Assembly (NCBI GenBank): GCA_965248055.1
Contig: CBDFIJ010000004.1
Coordinates: 800,001-864,000 of the forward strand
DNA: 64,000 nucleotides
Direction: 5' to 3'
Source of the DNA: Candidatus Multivoradales bacterium
GTDB lineage: Bacteria; Acidobacteriota; Thermoanaerobaculia; Multivoradales; JAHEKO01
In this document: positions 1 to 9,310 of the stretch, one piece after another
Layout: each line of letters starts with the position of its first letter
How positions within the stretch are numbered: the stretch's first letter is position 1
The notes under the pieces: model-generated
What the model was told of the DNA's origin: nothing
Seen by the model: the letters and a program-made list of their open reading frames with translations, nothing else
The model's database searches: none
Program-made: the position numbers and the translations under genes

Positions 1-148
1 AATGCCGTTTCCAGCACCCCCTCGGATCAAAGCCGATGATAGCGAACAATCGAACCAATGCCGCAGCCAATTCGGCAACCGGCAAAACAACCACAACGAC
101 CTACCAACCGCCCGATAGGATGCTCCATCTACCGCTCGCCGCCCACTC

Positions 149-871
149 ATGATCACTGATCTCATCATTCCAGCCCTCAACGAGGAAAAGGCGATCGCCG
201 CCGTGTTGCAAGCGGTACCGCGATCCAGCGTGCGCCACATGATTGTGGTCGACAACGGCTCGACCGACAGTACCGCCGAAGTCGCCCGTGCGGCGGGGGC
301 AACCGTGGTGCCAGCCGATCACAAAGGCTACGGATCGGCCTGCCTCGCCGGCATCGCCCACCTCGCTGAGTTTGCTGGCACCGCTCAGGGCCTACCCGAG
401 GTTGTTGCGTTTCTGGATGGTGATTTCTCAGATTATCCCGAAGAACTGCCAACCGTCCTGGCACCGATTGAGTCCGATCACGCCGACCTAGTGATCGGCT
501 CACGCACCCGCGGCAACCTGGCCAAGGGAGCCTTAACCCCCCAACAACGGGTGGGCAACGCGGTAGCCTGTGGCCTGATTCGTCTGCTCTACGGTTTTCA
601 CTACACCGATCTGGGTCCGTTTCGCGCCATTCGTTGGACTGCGCTGCAGACACTCTCAATGCGCGACCCCAACTTTGGCTGGACCGCGGAAATGCAGGTT
701 AAGGCGGTGCGCGCCGATTTGCGCGTTCGAGAAGTGCCGGTGAGCTATCGGCCGCGGATTGGTGAATCCAAGATTTCCGGTACCCTGCAAGGCTCGGTGA
801 TGGCCGGATGGAAGATTCTTAGCACCGTCTTGCGTTACAGTTTCGCGTCATGGCCACCCCAGAGACCATAG
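149..871 (+). CDS. Glycosyltransferase family 2 protein
   Basis: IIPALNEE, VVDNGSTD, GYGSAC and FLDGD (DxD) motifs; DLGPFRAIR and EVPVSYRPRIG, typical of DPM1-like GT2. Confidence 0.9.
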   Translation: MITDLIIPALNEEKAIAAVLQAVPRSSVRHMIVVDNGSTDSTAEVARAAGATVVPADHKGYGSACLAGIAHLAEFAGTAQGLPEVVAFLDGDFSDYPEELPTVLAPIESDHADLVIGSRTRGNLAKGALTPQQRVGNAVACGLIRLLYGFHYTDLGPFRAIRWTALQTLSMRDPNFGWTAEMQVKAVRADLRVREVPVSYRPRIGESKISGTLQGSVMAGWKILSTVLRYSFASWPPQRP

Positions 872-1314
872 TCACCACCACCGAGGTTGAGGTGCGCTAT
901 GCCGAGACCGATCAAATGGGCGTGGTTCACCACGCCAACTATCTGGTGTGGTTCGAGTTGGCGCGTACTCACCATTGCCGCGCCCAAGGTATTGAGTACG
1001 CCGAGATCGAACGCCGAGGTTTTCTCTTGATGGTGGTCGGGGCCCAACTGCGCTACCGACGCTCGGCACACTACGGGGATCACATCCGCATCGAGTGTTC
1101 TACTGGACGGGTCGGCAGTCGTGGCGTCACGTTTGTCTACCGCGTGCTCAACGGCGATCAACTCTTGGCAACCGGCAGTACCAACCACATCTGGGTCTCC
1201 CGAGAAACCCGCAAACCGACCCGGATTCCGGATTTCGCACGACATCACTTCTTTCCCGAAGAGGCGCAATCTGACCCTGGGTCACAAGAGCCTAGAAACC
1301 GAGACGAAACTTGA
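850..1314 (+). CDS. Acyl-CoA thioesterase, YbgC/FadM (4HBT hot-dog) family
   Basis: VRYAETDQMGVVHHANYLVWFELAR signature. Confidence 0.9.
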   Translation: MATPETIVTTTEVEVRYAETDQMGVVHHANYLVWFELARTHHCRAQGIEYAEIERRGFLLMVVGAQLRYRRSAHYGDHIRIECSTGRVGSRGVTFVYRVLNGDQLLATGSTNHIWVSRETRKPTRIPDFARHHFFPEEAQSDPGSQEPRNRDET

Positions 1315-1316
1315 CC

Positions 1317-2507
1317 ATGCAACAACTTCGATTACTCACCGCAGGGGAGAGTCACGGTCCGGGGATGACCGCGATTCTGGAGGGGATTCCTTCCGGCGTC
1401 TCGATCGATCGTCAGGCCATCGAACATCAATTGGCGAGACGACAACACGGCTACGGTCGTGGTGCCCGGATGAAGATTGAAAATGATCAGTTCGAGATCC
1501 ACGGCGGGATTCGCGGCGGCTTGACCCTGGGATCACCCGTTTGTCTGTGGATCGCCAATCGGGATTTCGACAACTGGCGCCCGATGATGGACCCCGAACA
1601 GGTCGACCCCCAGCGCGCCGAGCAACGCAGGGTTCACTCCCCCCGCCCAGGACACGCGGATCTGGCTGGTGGTTTCAAGCACCTCAGCGGCGATCTACGC
1701 AACGTACTGGAACGCGCCTCTGCTCGGGAAACCGTGGCCCGGGTCGCGGCTGGAGCCATCGCGCGCGGACTGTTGTCCGACCTGGGAGTCGAGATCGCCA
1801 GCGGTGTGGTGTCATTGGGTCCGATCGGCAACCAGCGCTCGATCCCCTCTTGGCAAACCCTGCAATCGATGGACGACTCTTCTCCACTGCGCGCCGCCTA
1901 CCCAGAAGACGAAGCGGCGATGATCGAAACGGTCGACCAGGCCCAAGCAGACGGTGACACCCTGGGAGGCAGAGCGACCGTGTTGGTGCACAACCTGCCT
2001 CCCGGTTTGGGCAGCTACGCCCACTGGGACCGCAAGCTCGACGCCCTGCTCGCCCAAGCCTTGATGTCGATTCCGGCAGTCAAGGCCGTGTCCCTGGGAG
2101 ACGGAGTCGAGGTCGCTGGCTTGCCGGGCAGTCAGAGCCACGACCCCATCGAGCGAGTCGCAGACGGCGGGGTGCAAAGAAGCAGCAATCGTGCTGGCGG
2201 CCTGGAAGGTGGTGTCACCAACGGCTCGGATCTGTCTGCCACCATCCACATGAAACCGATATCGACTCTGCGGCAGGGCATGCCCTCGGTAGACCTCGAC
2301 ACTGGCAAGCCGCATACCTCGCAATACGAGCGCAGCGACGTCACAGCGTTGCCTGCCGCGGGGGTCATCGCTGAAGCCATGGTGGCCCTGGTCTTGGCCG
2401 ACGCCATGCTGGTCAAACTTGGCGGCGATTCGCTGGCCGAACTCCGCTCCCACCTGGAAGCCAGCCGACAACTACAGCGACAGTGGACCGAGCCACGAGA
2501 TTCCTAG
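1317..2507 (+). CDS. aroC: Chorismate synthase
   Basis: LTAGESHG, RRQHGYGRGARM, PRPGHAD, ERASARET, MKPISTL and ERSD motifs; ATG at 1317 chosen over TTG at 1311. Confidence 0.97.
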   Translation: MQQLRLLTAGESHGPGMTAILEGIPSGVSIDRQAIEHQLARRQHGYGRGARMKIENDQFEIHGGIRGGLTLGSPVCLWIANRDFDNWRPMMDPEQVDPQRAEQRRVHSPRPGHADLAGGFKHLSGDLRNVLERASARETVARVAAGAIARGLLSDLGVEIASGVVSLGPIGNQRSIPSWQTLQSMDDSSPLRAAYPEDEAAMIETVDQAQADGDTLGGRATVLVHNLPPGLGSYAHWDRKLDALLAQALMSIPAVKAVSLGDGVEVAGLPGSQSHDPIERVADGGVQRSSNRAGGLEGGVTNGSDLSATIHMKPISTLRQGMPSVDLDTGKPHTSQYERSDVTALPAAGVIAEAMVALVLADAMLVKLGGDSLAELRSHLEASRQLQRQWTEPRDS

Positions 2508-2717
2508 CAATCCAGTCCGCCCCAGTCTGAATCCCAGTCTGGATTGCACCGCAGTGAGATCCCGGCTCCCCACACAGCGCCCGCCGGATGGCGAAGAGAG
2601 CGCCCCCAACCGGATAACAAGGACGAGAATTCGGTGTTCAAGAATCGGTTGCCGCTACCTGCCCCTGCCTCCAAGGTGGCGAAGCTGGACGCAACCAAGA
2701 CCAAGGAGCACTGAACC

Positions 2718-3236
2718 ATGACCTCAGCAACCCCCTATCGAGTCGTCGCCATCCCCACCTCGGTCGCCGACAGCGTGCGCACCACCCGTCAGTCTCCCTT
2801 CGCCGGGCACCCGACACACGTCGAAATCGCACAAGGTCATGGGCCCTGTCGACACTGCTTGCAGGAATTCCGAGTCGGAGAAGAACGGCGCATTCTATTC
2901 ACTCTAGATGAATTTTCCGGGCTCGAGCCTTACCCGCAACCCGGACCGGTGTTCATCCACGAGCAGCCCTGCGACCGCTACGCCGAGTGCGCCGAAATGC
3001 CCGAAGCACTGAAAGCGCATCCTCTCACTTTGGTGGCCTATGCCCGGGGTCGCGTCCTCCGCCAACAGGAACGGGTAGAGACTGGAGACTTTGACGAAGC
3101 ACTCGAACGTCTCCTGCAAAGAGAAGATGTCGACTACATCCACGTCCGGGATACCAGTGCTGGGTGTTTCGATCTGCGTATTGAGAAAACCGCGACCTCT
3201 AGCAGCGACAGCGAATCAGAAGCTACCTGCTGTTAA
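2718..3236 (+). CDS. DUF1203-like protein
   Basis: PCRHCL, PYPQPGPVFIH and YIHVRD..AGCF motifs; RBS aaggag. Confidence 0.8.
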   Translation: MTSATPYRVVAIPTSVADSVRTTRQSPFAGHPTHVEIAQGHGPCRHCLQEFRVGEERRILFTLDEFSGLEPYPQPGPVFIHEQPCDRYAECAEMPEALKAHPLTLVAYARGRVLRQQERVETGDFDEALERLLQREDVDYIHVRDTSAGCFDLRIEKTATSSSDSESEATCC

Positions 3237-3454
3237 ACCCCAGTTTCGACCGGTCGCGCTGAGTTAAGAAGCCAACGCAGCCGAGCAATCAAACTTATTC
3301 ACCTGGCGCCTCTGTGGCTCTAGATCCCAGTGTCAAAATTGGTGCTGGAGAAATTGAGATCCTATATCTGATTTCCAACTGAGGGCTATACTCTGATCTC
3401 CCTGTAGGGGTGGACCGGCTGGGCGATCTCGCTCGGCCAACTCGAGGAGACAGG

Positions 3455-4555
3455 ATGAAACGTGCGTTGTTGCTCTGCGTGGTTAGCGTCGTAGCCGTCT
3501 TTCTTGCCAGTAGTGGACCTCTGGTGCTAGCGGATGAACCTGAACCGGTTCCCGGGTGGGAGGATTTTGTCCAACCGGTCCTGGACCAAGAGTCAGAAGG
3601 GGGCCTCGCCTTCTTTCCCGCAACTCACTCCGGCGGCAAAGTATCTGAGGTGCAAGATCCAGATGGTTATTTCGTCCATTTAGCTCCGGTTGCCGAACGA
3701 GGAAAGGAGCTCGTCTTTCCTGCCGGCGTGCCGTTCAAACCTCCCTCAGGACGCGTCAATATTTGGCTGGAGTCTGAGTGGAACATGACGCCACGCCCGG
3801 ACTTGGTCGTGATCGGTGGTCGTTGGCCAGCGGAACATAAAGCATCGGCCAGGACCATACAACACGCCCCCGCTGGACGCATCGATGTTGCCGTAGACAG
3901 AGAAGTCGGCGCCGACCTCGACCTGTGGCTGCTGTATACGGGAGCGACACTCGAGAAAGTTGAGCTGTCGCGATGGAGTGAAGTCAACAAGCTGGATGGC
4001 GGCCTTCTCATGCCTCCTGGGCTGGTAGTAGCAGGGCTGTGGAACCGTCGGGAAGAGAGTTGGACAGCTCTGAGTCAGCCGTTTCAAGTAGCTGCCGAGA
4101 AGACCATTTCGGCGCCGCTGAAACTCCCCAATCTCGAAGAATCCTGGCTCAAGGTGTACCTCAAGCGGTCCGGACGCGAGTCACTAGACGGGCTGACCCT
4201 GAGCCTGTCGCAAAACGACGTCGAGCACGCGCCCGACTTCATGCACATGACCACGTGGGGCGTCCACGCCATCTGGAATGGCCTTGAGCCTGGGGCCTCC
4301 ACCCTCATTGCTGGCAACTCGGAGGTTTACCATGCACCCCAAGCGATCGAGCTAAGCGGAGCGGCGATCGAGCACTTCGACGGAACGCTGGTGAAAAGAC
4401 CCCGGTTGCGGGCCAACTTGAGGCTCCCCTCTTCAGTCCGAGAAGAACCACTTGAGCCTAAAGTTCTTCTAGGGCGTGTTAACACTATGGGTAACATCTA
4501 CGATGAGTGCGAAGTATATGAAGAATGTGAAGATTACGTCCTAAAGTTCTTCTAA
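3455..4555 (+). CDS. Secreted hypothetical protein, probably 3'-truncated; the last ~32 aa come from a foreign AT-rich insert
   Basis: RBS gaggag and signal peptide MKRALLLCVVSVVAVFLA; composition changes abruptly after 4456. Confidence 0.6.
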   Translation: MKRALLLCVVSVVAVFLASSGPLVLADEPEPVPGWEDFVQPVLDQESEGGLAFFPATHSGGKVSEVQDPDGYFVHLAPVAERGKELVFPAGVPFKPPSGRVNIWLESEWNMTPRPDLVVIGGRWPAEHKASARTIQHAPAGRIDVAVDREVGADLDLWLLYTGATLEKVELSRWSEVNKLDGGLLMPPGLVVAGLWNRREESWTALSQPFQVAAEKTISAPLKLPNLEESWLKVYLKRSGRESLDGLTLSLSQNDVEHAPDFMHMTTWGVHAIWNGLEPGASTLIAGNSEVYHAPQAIELSGAAIEHFDGTLVKRPRLRANLRLPSSVREEPLEPKVLLGRVNTMGNIYDECEVYEECEDYVLKFF

Positions 4556-4836
4556 GGTTCCACCCGATTTCTGCGAGGTCATGCGGCGCCCAACCGTGGC
4601 GTCCCTCAAACACCTCGAATCGATGAGCAGAGCCGACTTGGTGCAGGTGCTGCTCTAACGCCATCATCTCCTGGTAGTTGAAGTCAGCGTCACCGGTAAT
4701 TCCGTAATAGGCAAAAGGCACGGTATCTTCCGGCGGCCCGTGGCTGCTGACCTGGACCCCGCCAGCACAGGCAATCACCGCGGCCAGTCGACCCTCCAAG
4801 GCTTGACCAAACATCCAACTGGTGTGCGCAGTGCCA
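4555..4836 (-). pseudogene. Internal fragment of an alpha/beta hydrolase (phospholipase/carboxylesterase-like)
   Basis: AAVIACAGG, YYGITGDADFNYQEM and FEVFEGRHGWAP (Asp/His triad region); both ends missing. Confidence 0.65.
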
Positions 4837-4839
4837 GTG

Positions 4840-6140
4840 CCAGATGAGATGAGTCGGTCGGTCTCCAAGCTGGGACAATGTGCCAGTTTGGATCAACCAA
4901 AGAAATCGGCATCTAGCCGAGAAAGGAGACCGACCATGGAGTATCTTGGCATTGACGTTCACTCAAAGTACAGCGAGGTATGTGGGATATCTCAGGAGGG
5001 TGAGGTGACGGTTCGTCGTCGGATTTCGACGACGGAGACGTCGATCCGTGGGTTCTTCGGTTCTCGTGAGCGTGCACAAGTGACGCTGGAGAGCGGTCCG
5101 GTGACGCCGTGGGTATATCGGTTGCTGTGTGATCTAGGTCATGCGGTAACGGTAGTCAATCCCCGGCGAGTGCGTTTGATTGCCGAATCGACACTAAAGA
5201 CCGACGGCATTGATGCCGAGGTTTTAGCTCGGCTGAGCCGATTAGACCTGGGGTTTCTGCGTCCGGTGTATCAGCGAAGCCCTGAGGCCCAGGAGCTTCG
5301 CACTCGTTTACGGGTGCGATCGGCTCTGGTTAAGTCTCGGACTTCGTTGATCAACGCGGTACGTGGGACTCTGCGTGCTCAGGGCTACCGGATGCCTTCG
5401 TGTGCAGCCAAGATTTTCATGGTGCGTTACGAATCGATGGGATTCGATTCGGGAGTATCAGAGGCCCTGGCTCCCTTGGTATCGACGATCGGTGAGCTGT
5501 CGGATCGGATCTGTGAGCTAGAGAATGACCTGAAAGCTCAAGCAAGTACCGATGAGCTTCTCGTTCGTCTGCAGACAGTGCCCGGGGTAGGGCCTCTGGT
5601 GAGCTTGGCTTTTGCCGGCTGGGTAGACAATCCAGATCGGTTTCAAAAGAGTCGAGATGTTGGAGCATGCCTGGGCTTGAGGCCCTCGCTTCGCAGCTCA
5701 GGAGGGCATGAGATCCGTGGCCGGATCACTCGGGAGGGGGATAGCGAGATGCGCCGACTCCTGGTCCAGGCTGCGCATGCATCTTTACAGTGTCACAAGG
5801 ACTCAGCGCTCAAGCGCTGGGGTGAGGGTTTGGTGGCAAGGCTAGGTAAGAGCAAAGCAGTGGTAGCGCTGGCTAGAAAGATCGGAGTCCTACTGCATAG
5901 GTTGTGGGTCACAAACGAGAATTTCCAGCCGTTTCCACAAGCCACATAAGCGAGGATTCGAAGTAAGAAAGCAAGAGAAATCAGTCATGAGTTTCAAAGG
6001 ACGGATGAAAAGTTTCGATGACTCCGATAAATGGGTTGGAGGCTGGGACTCCGCGTGCCAGATGGGAGCATCGAATTTCCTCAACAGACGGAAAACCCTA
6101 TCTGCCAACGTAGCTGAGACACTTGGCCCCCTGATAATTA
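4840..6140 (+). mobile_element. IS110-family insertion sequence with long 3' non-coding region (IS1111-like layout); boundaries approximate, right end apparently missing
   Basis: Transposase ORF; 5' inverted repeat GGTCGGTCTCC/GGAGACCGACC covering the RBS; ~190 nt non-coding 3' region. Confidence 0.75.
4936..5949 (+). CDS. IS110 family transposase (DEDD RuvC-like domain + catalytic Ser domain)
   Basis: YLGIDVH, LESG, KTDGIDA, VPGVG, GLRPSLRSSGG, GRITREGD and VALARK motifs; RBS aaaggag. Confidence 0.95.
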   Translation: MEYLGIDVHSKYSEVCGISQEGEVTVRRRISTTETSIRGFFGSRERAQVTLESGPVTPWVYRLLCDLGHAVTVVNPRRVRLIAESTLKTDGIDAEVLARLSRLDLGFLRPVYQRSPEAQELRTRLRVRSALVKSRTSLINAVRGTLRAQGYRMPSCAAKIFMVRYESMGFDSGVSEALAPLVSTIGELSDRICELENDLKAQASTDELLVRLQTVPGVGPLVSLAFAGWVDNPDRFQKSRDVGACLGLRPSLRSSGGHEIRGRITREGDSEMRRLLVQAAHASLQCHKDSALKRWGEGLVARLGKSKAVVALARKIGVLLHRLWVTNENFQPFPQAT

Positions 6141-6144
6141 GAGG

Positions 6145-6448
6145 GCGGAAGGACTTCTGCCGCTCGTTTTTCCGCTGGTACAACACCCAGCACCGTCACG
6201 CCGGCATCGCCATGCTGACACCCGAAGATGTCCACTACGGCAAGGCCGACCACAAGCTCAAGATCCGTCAACTGGCCCTCGATAAAGCCTGGCGAAACAA
6301 CCCGCAGCGCTTTGTCCGAGGAAGACCGACCATTCAGCTATTACCGAGGGCCGTCTGGATCAACCCACCCAAACATCAGCGCACCAAGGAGGTTGTCCCG
6401 ATTCACTAATTAATTCTGCCAACTGTCTCAAAGTTGTTGACAGGTTCC
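6145..6448 (+). mobile_element. 3' remnant of an IS3-like transposase with its terminal repeat
   Basis: FFRWYNTQHRHAGIAMLTPEDVHYG integrase-core C-terminus, stop at 6409, then TGTCTCAAAGTTGTTGACAGGTTCCG end-like sequence. Confidence 0.75.
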
Positions 6449-7046
6449 GGGTTTCGCCGAAGCGCGCACTCATCTGTGGGATCGACACACGGGAAATCAT
6501 CGTCTGCAAGGAGAGACCGCCGACGGCCAGAGCTACCTGGTGCTGCATAGTCTTGCCGACCAAGGCCAGGGCGCGGGCCAGGTGTTCATCGACGGCTCGC
6601 CCGAAGAAGCTGAGGACGTCAAAGCTAAGTTCTTGACTAGAGCCTACGGTGCTTGGGTCAACGACACCTACTGGTTATTGATGCCCTACAAACTGCTTGA
6701 CCCCGGCGTCGAATTGCAAGACCTCGGCACGGTCACCCTCGACGGCCACCACTACACCAAACTCGGTCTCAGTTTCGGCAGTGTAGGACTCACTCCAGGA
6801 GACCGCTACTGGGCATATGTCGATCAAACCAGCAACTTGGTCACCCGGTGGCAGTACATCCTTGAAAACCAAGATCCAGACTCAGCGCCCACCACTTGGA
6901 CTTGGGGCAACTGGCAACGCCACGGCCAGGTGTTGCTCTCCGACACTCGCACAGAACTCAGCGGCGACGGTGCAGGTCGCGTGCTGAGTCTGGCTCCGAT
7001 CCAGGTTCTAGACACTGTTGACCCTTCGCTCTTTGAGGCCCCCTAA
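6449..7046 (+). pseudogene. 5'-truncated conserved secreted protein (DUF6503-like)
   Basis: Reading frame continues upstream of 6540 (FAEARTHLWDRHTGNHR) to the IS end with no start codon or signal peptide; NDTYWLLMPYKLLDPGV and VGLTPGDRY motifs. Confidence 0.6.
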
Positions 7047-7150
7047 GAGCAACCGAGGTTGATCGAGCACCTCTCGACCGGCTCATCGGTCAAACTACTT
7101 CGGTCTGTCTGCCGTAGGTTCTTGCGGGAGGAGGTGCAGCGACCCGGCCC

Positions 7151-8014
7151 ATGAAGGAAAACTCGATGAAAAAATATCTGTACATCGCCATCGCAGCCTT
7201 GTCGATCTTGACCGTGTCCTCTAGTGCGGGGTCAGGCCCGCACTATGCGAGCCCTGAGACCCAAGAGATTATCGACGCCATGGTCGCCGCCCACGGCGGT
7301 CTCGACGCATGGAACTCTGCCTCGGTCATCAGCTTCGACAACACCATGTTCAACCCGTTTGCCGGGGATGGCGACAATCCCTGGTGGTACACCCACGAGA
7401 CCATCGAACAGGGCAGCCGCAAAGCGGTTCAAGATTGGCCACTCAACAACGCCACCCTGGTCTATGACGGTGAAGCCACCTGGACCACCGGCTGGAACAT
7501 GAGCAACCCACCCAAGTTCATGGTCCACTTCTTCTACTACTTTGTCGGCCTGCCTTGGTTGACCCAAGACAGCAATACCCAGCTCGGCGCTCCCGAACCG
7601 GGCAGACTTCCCGGAGTTGACCAGGATTTGGTGACCATCACCATGACCTTCTCTGAAGCCCCGAGCGTCGGCAAAACCGCCCTCGATTCGTTCAAGCTCT
7701 ACATCGACCCCGACAGTCACCTCTTGCGCGGCTACGAGTACTCCATTGGCTATGGCGCCATGCTCGACCTTTTCGGCGTTCCCGAGGGTCAAGTCTTCGG
7801 CCCGATGTTGCGGGTACACGACGACTTTGCCGAGGTCGACGGCCTAACGGTGCCGATTCGATTCCACACCATGGCGGCTGACGGTTCGGCCACTTACGGC
7901 TATCACATCCTGACCAACTACTCGTTTAGCGACTCCTTTGATCAGGATCGCCTGCATCGTCCAGCCGACGCGATCGTCGATCAGTCTTCAGCAGAGCGAG
8001 CAGCAACAGGCTAG
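7151..8014 (+). CDS. Secreted hypothetical protein (DUF6503-like)
   Basis: Signal peptide; AAHGGLDAWN and FFYYFVGLPWLTQD motifs, resembling the upstream fragment. Confidence 0.7.
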   Translation: MKENSMKKYLYIAIAALSILTVSSSAGSGPHYASPETQEIIDAMVAAHGGLDAWNSASVISFDNTMFNPFAGDGDNPWWYTHETIEQGSRKAVQDWPLNNATLVYDGEATWTTGWNMSNPPKFMVHFFYYFVGLPWLTQDSNTQLGAPEPGRLPGVDQDLVTITMTFSEAPSVGKTALDSFKLYIDPDSHLLRGYEYSIGYGAMLDLFGVPEGQVFGPMLRVHDDFAEVDGLTVPIRFHTMAADGSATYGYHILTNYSFSDSFDQDRLHRPADAIVDQSSAERAATG

Positions 8015-8068
8015 TTCTATATCCTTCGACGACCTGCTTGCGCGGGACGAACAAACGGAGAGCACACC

Positions 8069-9271
8069 ATGCCAGAAATTGACGCGTCGACCAACGTTCG
8101 TTCCGCCAGCAGCCTCTCGGTCGATGTCGAGCAGGCAACTCGAGATCGCTACGCTCAGGCTTCATCTCAGGTTGAGACCGAGCTGTGTTGTGCAAACGAC
8201 GGTTATCCGGCGGAACTTCTCGACAACGTCCCCGCAGCAATCCGCCAGATCGACTACGGCTGTGGTGACCCGACTCGTTGGGCGCAACCGGGCGACAGAG
8301 TACTCGACCTGGGCTCGGGCTCGGGCAAGCACTGCTACCTGCTGGCTCAATTGGTTGGTTCCGAGGGCAAGGTGGTCGGCGTCGACTTCAACCCGCCAAT
8401 GTTGCAACTTGCTCGCTCTGGCCTCGATGAATTCACAGCCACCACCGGGCTCTCTAATGTTGAATTTGTTAAAGGTCGTATCCAAGACCTGGCGTTGAAC
8501 CTCGAATCCGTCGACACTTGGCTAGCCGACAATCCGGTCGCAGATACCGTTTCCATGGCCACCCTGGAGGCCGAACTTGATCGACTGCGTTGCACCACTC
8601 CCTTGATCGCCACCGACTCGATCGATTTGATCGTCTCCAATTGCGTTCTCAACCTAGCTCGGGATCAAGAAAAGCCAGCGCTCTTTGCCGAAATGTTCCG
8701 CGTCCTGCGGCGAGGTGGGCGCTGTGTGATTAGCGACATCGTGAGTGACGAAGAGGTCCCGGAAAACCTCAAGAACGACTCGCAACTCTGGAGTGGCTGC
8801 ATATCCGGCGCGATGACGGAGACCGGATTTCTCCGGGCCTTCGAGCGTGCTGGATTTCACGGCATCGAGATCTTTGAACGGAACGAACAACCGTGGCAAA
8901 CCGTTGAAGGGATCGAATTCCGTTCAGTGACGGTGCGCGCATTCCAAGGCAAGCAGGGCCCGTGCATCGAAAAGAATCAAGCCGTGATCTACCGAGGCCC
9001 GTGGAAGCAAGTCCACGACGACGACGGTCACGTCTACCCTCGTGGCGAGCGAGTCGCGGTATGTGAAAAAACCTTGGGCATCCTCACCGGTGAGACCTAC
9101 CGCGACCACATATTTGCGGTGGAACCGCTACAGCCGGTAGATGACCAGCAAACTCAACCCTTCGACTGCTCGCGAACCATCCTTCGCCACCCACGCGAAA
9201 CAAAGGGCCTCGACTACCAGGTCACCACGGATCCTTGCGCCACCTGCGGCCCAGGATCAGACTGCTGTTGA
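8069..9271 (+). CDS. ArsM-like class I SAM-dependent methyltransferase
   Basis: LCC, DYGCGDP, VLDLGSGSG, IVSNCVLNL and LWSGCISGA motifs; Cys-rich C-terminus CATCGPGSDCC. Confidence 0.8.
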   Translation: MPEIDASTNVRSASSLSVDVEQATRDRYAQASSQVETELCCANDGYPAELLDNVPAAIRQIDYGCGDPTRWAQPGDRVLDLGSGSGKHCYLLAQLVGSEGKVVGVDFNPPMLQLARSGLDEFTATTGLSNVEFVKGRIQDLALNLESVDTWLADNPVADTVSMATLEAELDRLRCTTPLIATDSIDLIVSNCVLNLARDQEKPALFAEMFRVLRRGGRCVISDIVSDEEVPENLKNDSQLWSGCISGAMTETGFLRAFERAGFHGIEIFERNEQPWQTVEGIEFRSVTVRAFQGKQGPCIEKNQAVIYRGPWKQVHDDDGHVYPRGERVAVCEKTLGILTGETYRDHIFAVEPLQPVDDQQTQPFDCSRTILRHPRETKGLDYQVTTDPCATCGPGSDCC

Positions 9272-9310
9272 CCCAAGTAAACATCTTTGGTGCGTTTTCG
9301 AAGTGAAGGA

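Noticed and set aside
2508-2717. Hairpin-rich spacer after aroC as a riboswitch or ncRNA
   Set aside because: Only a short inverted repeat (CAATCCAG/CTGGATTG); no recognisable aptamer consensus.
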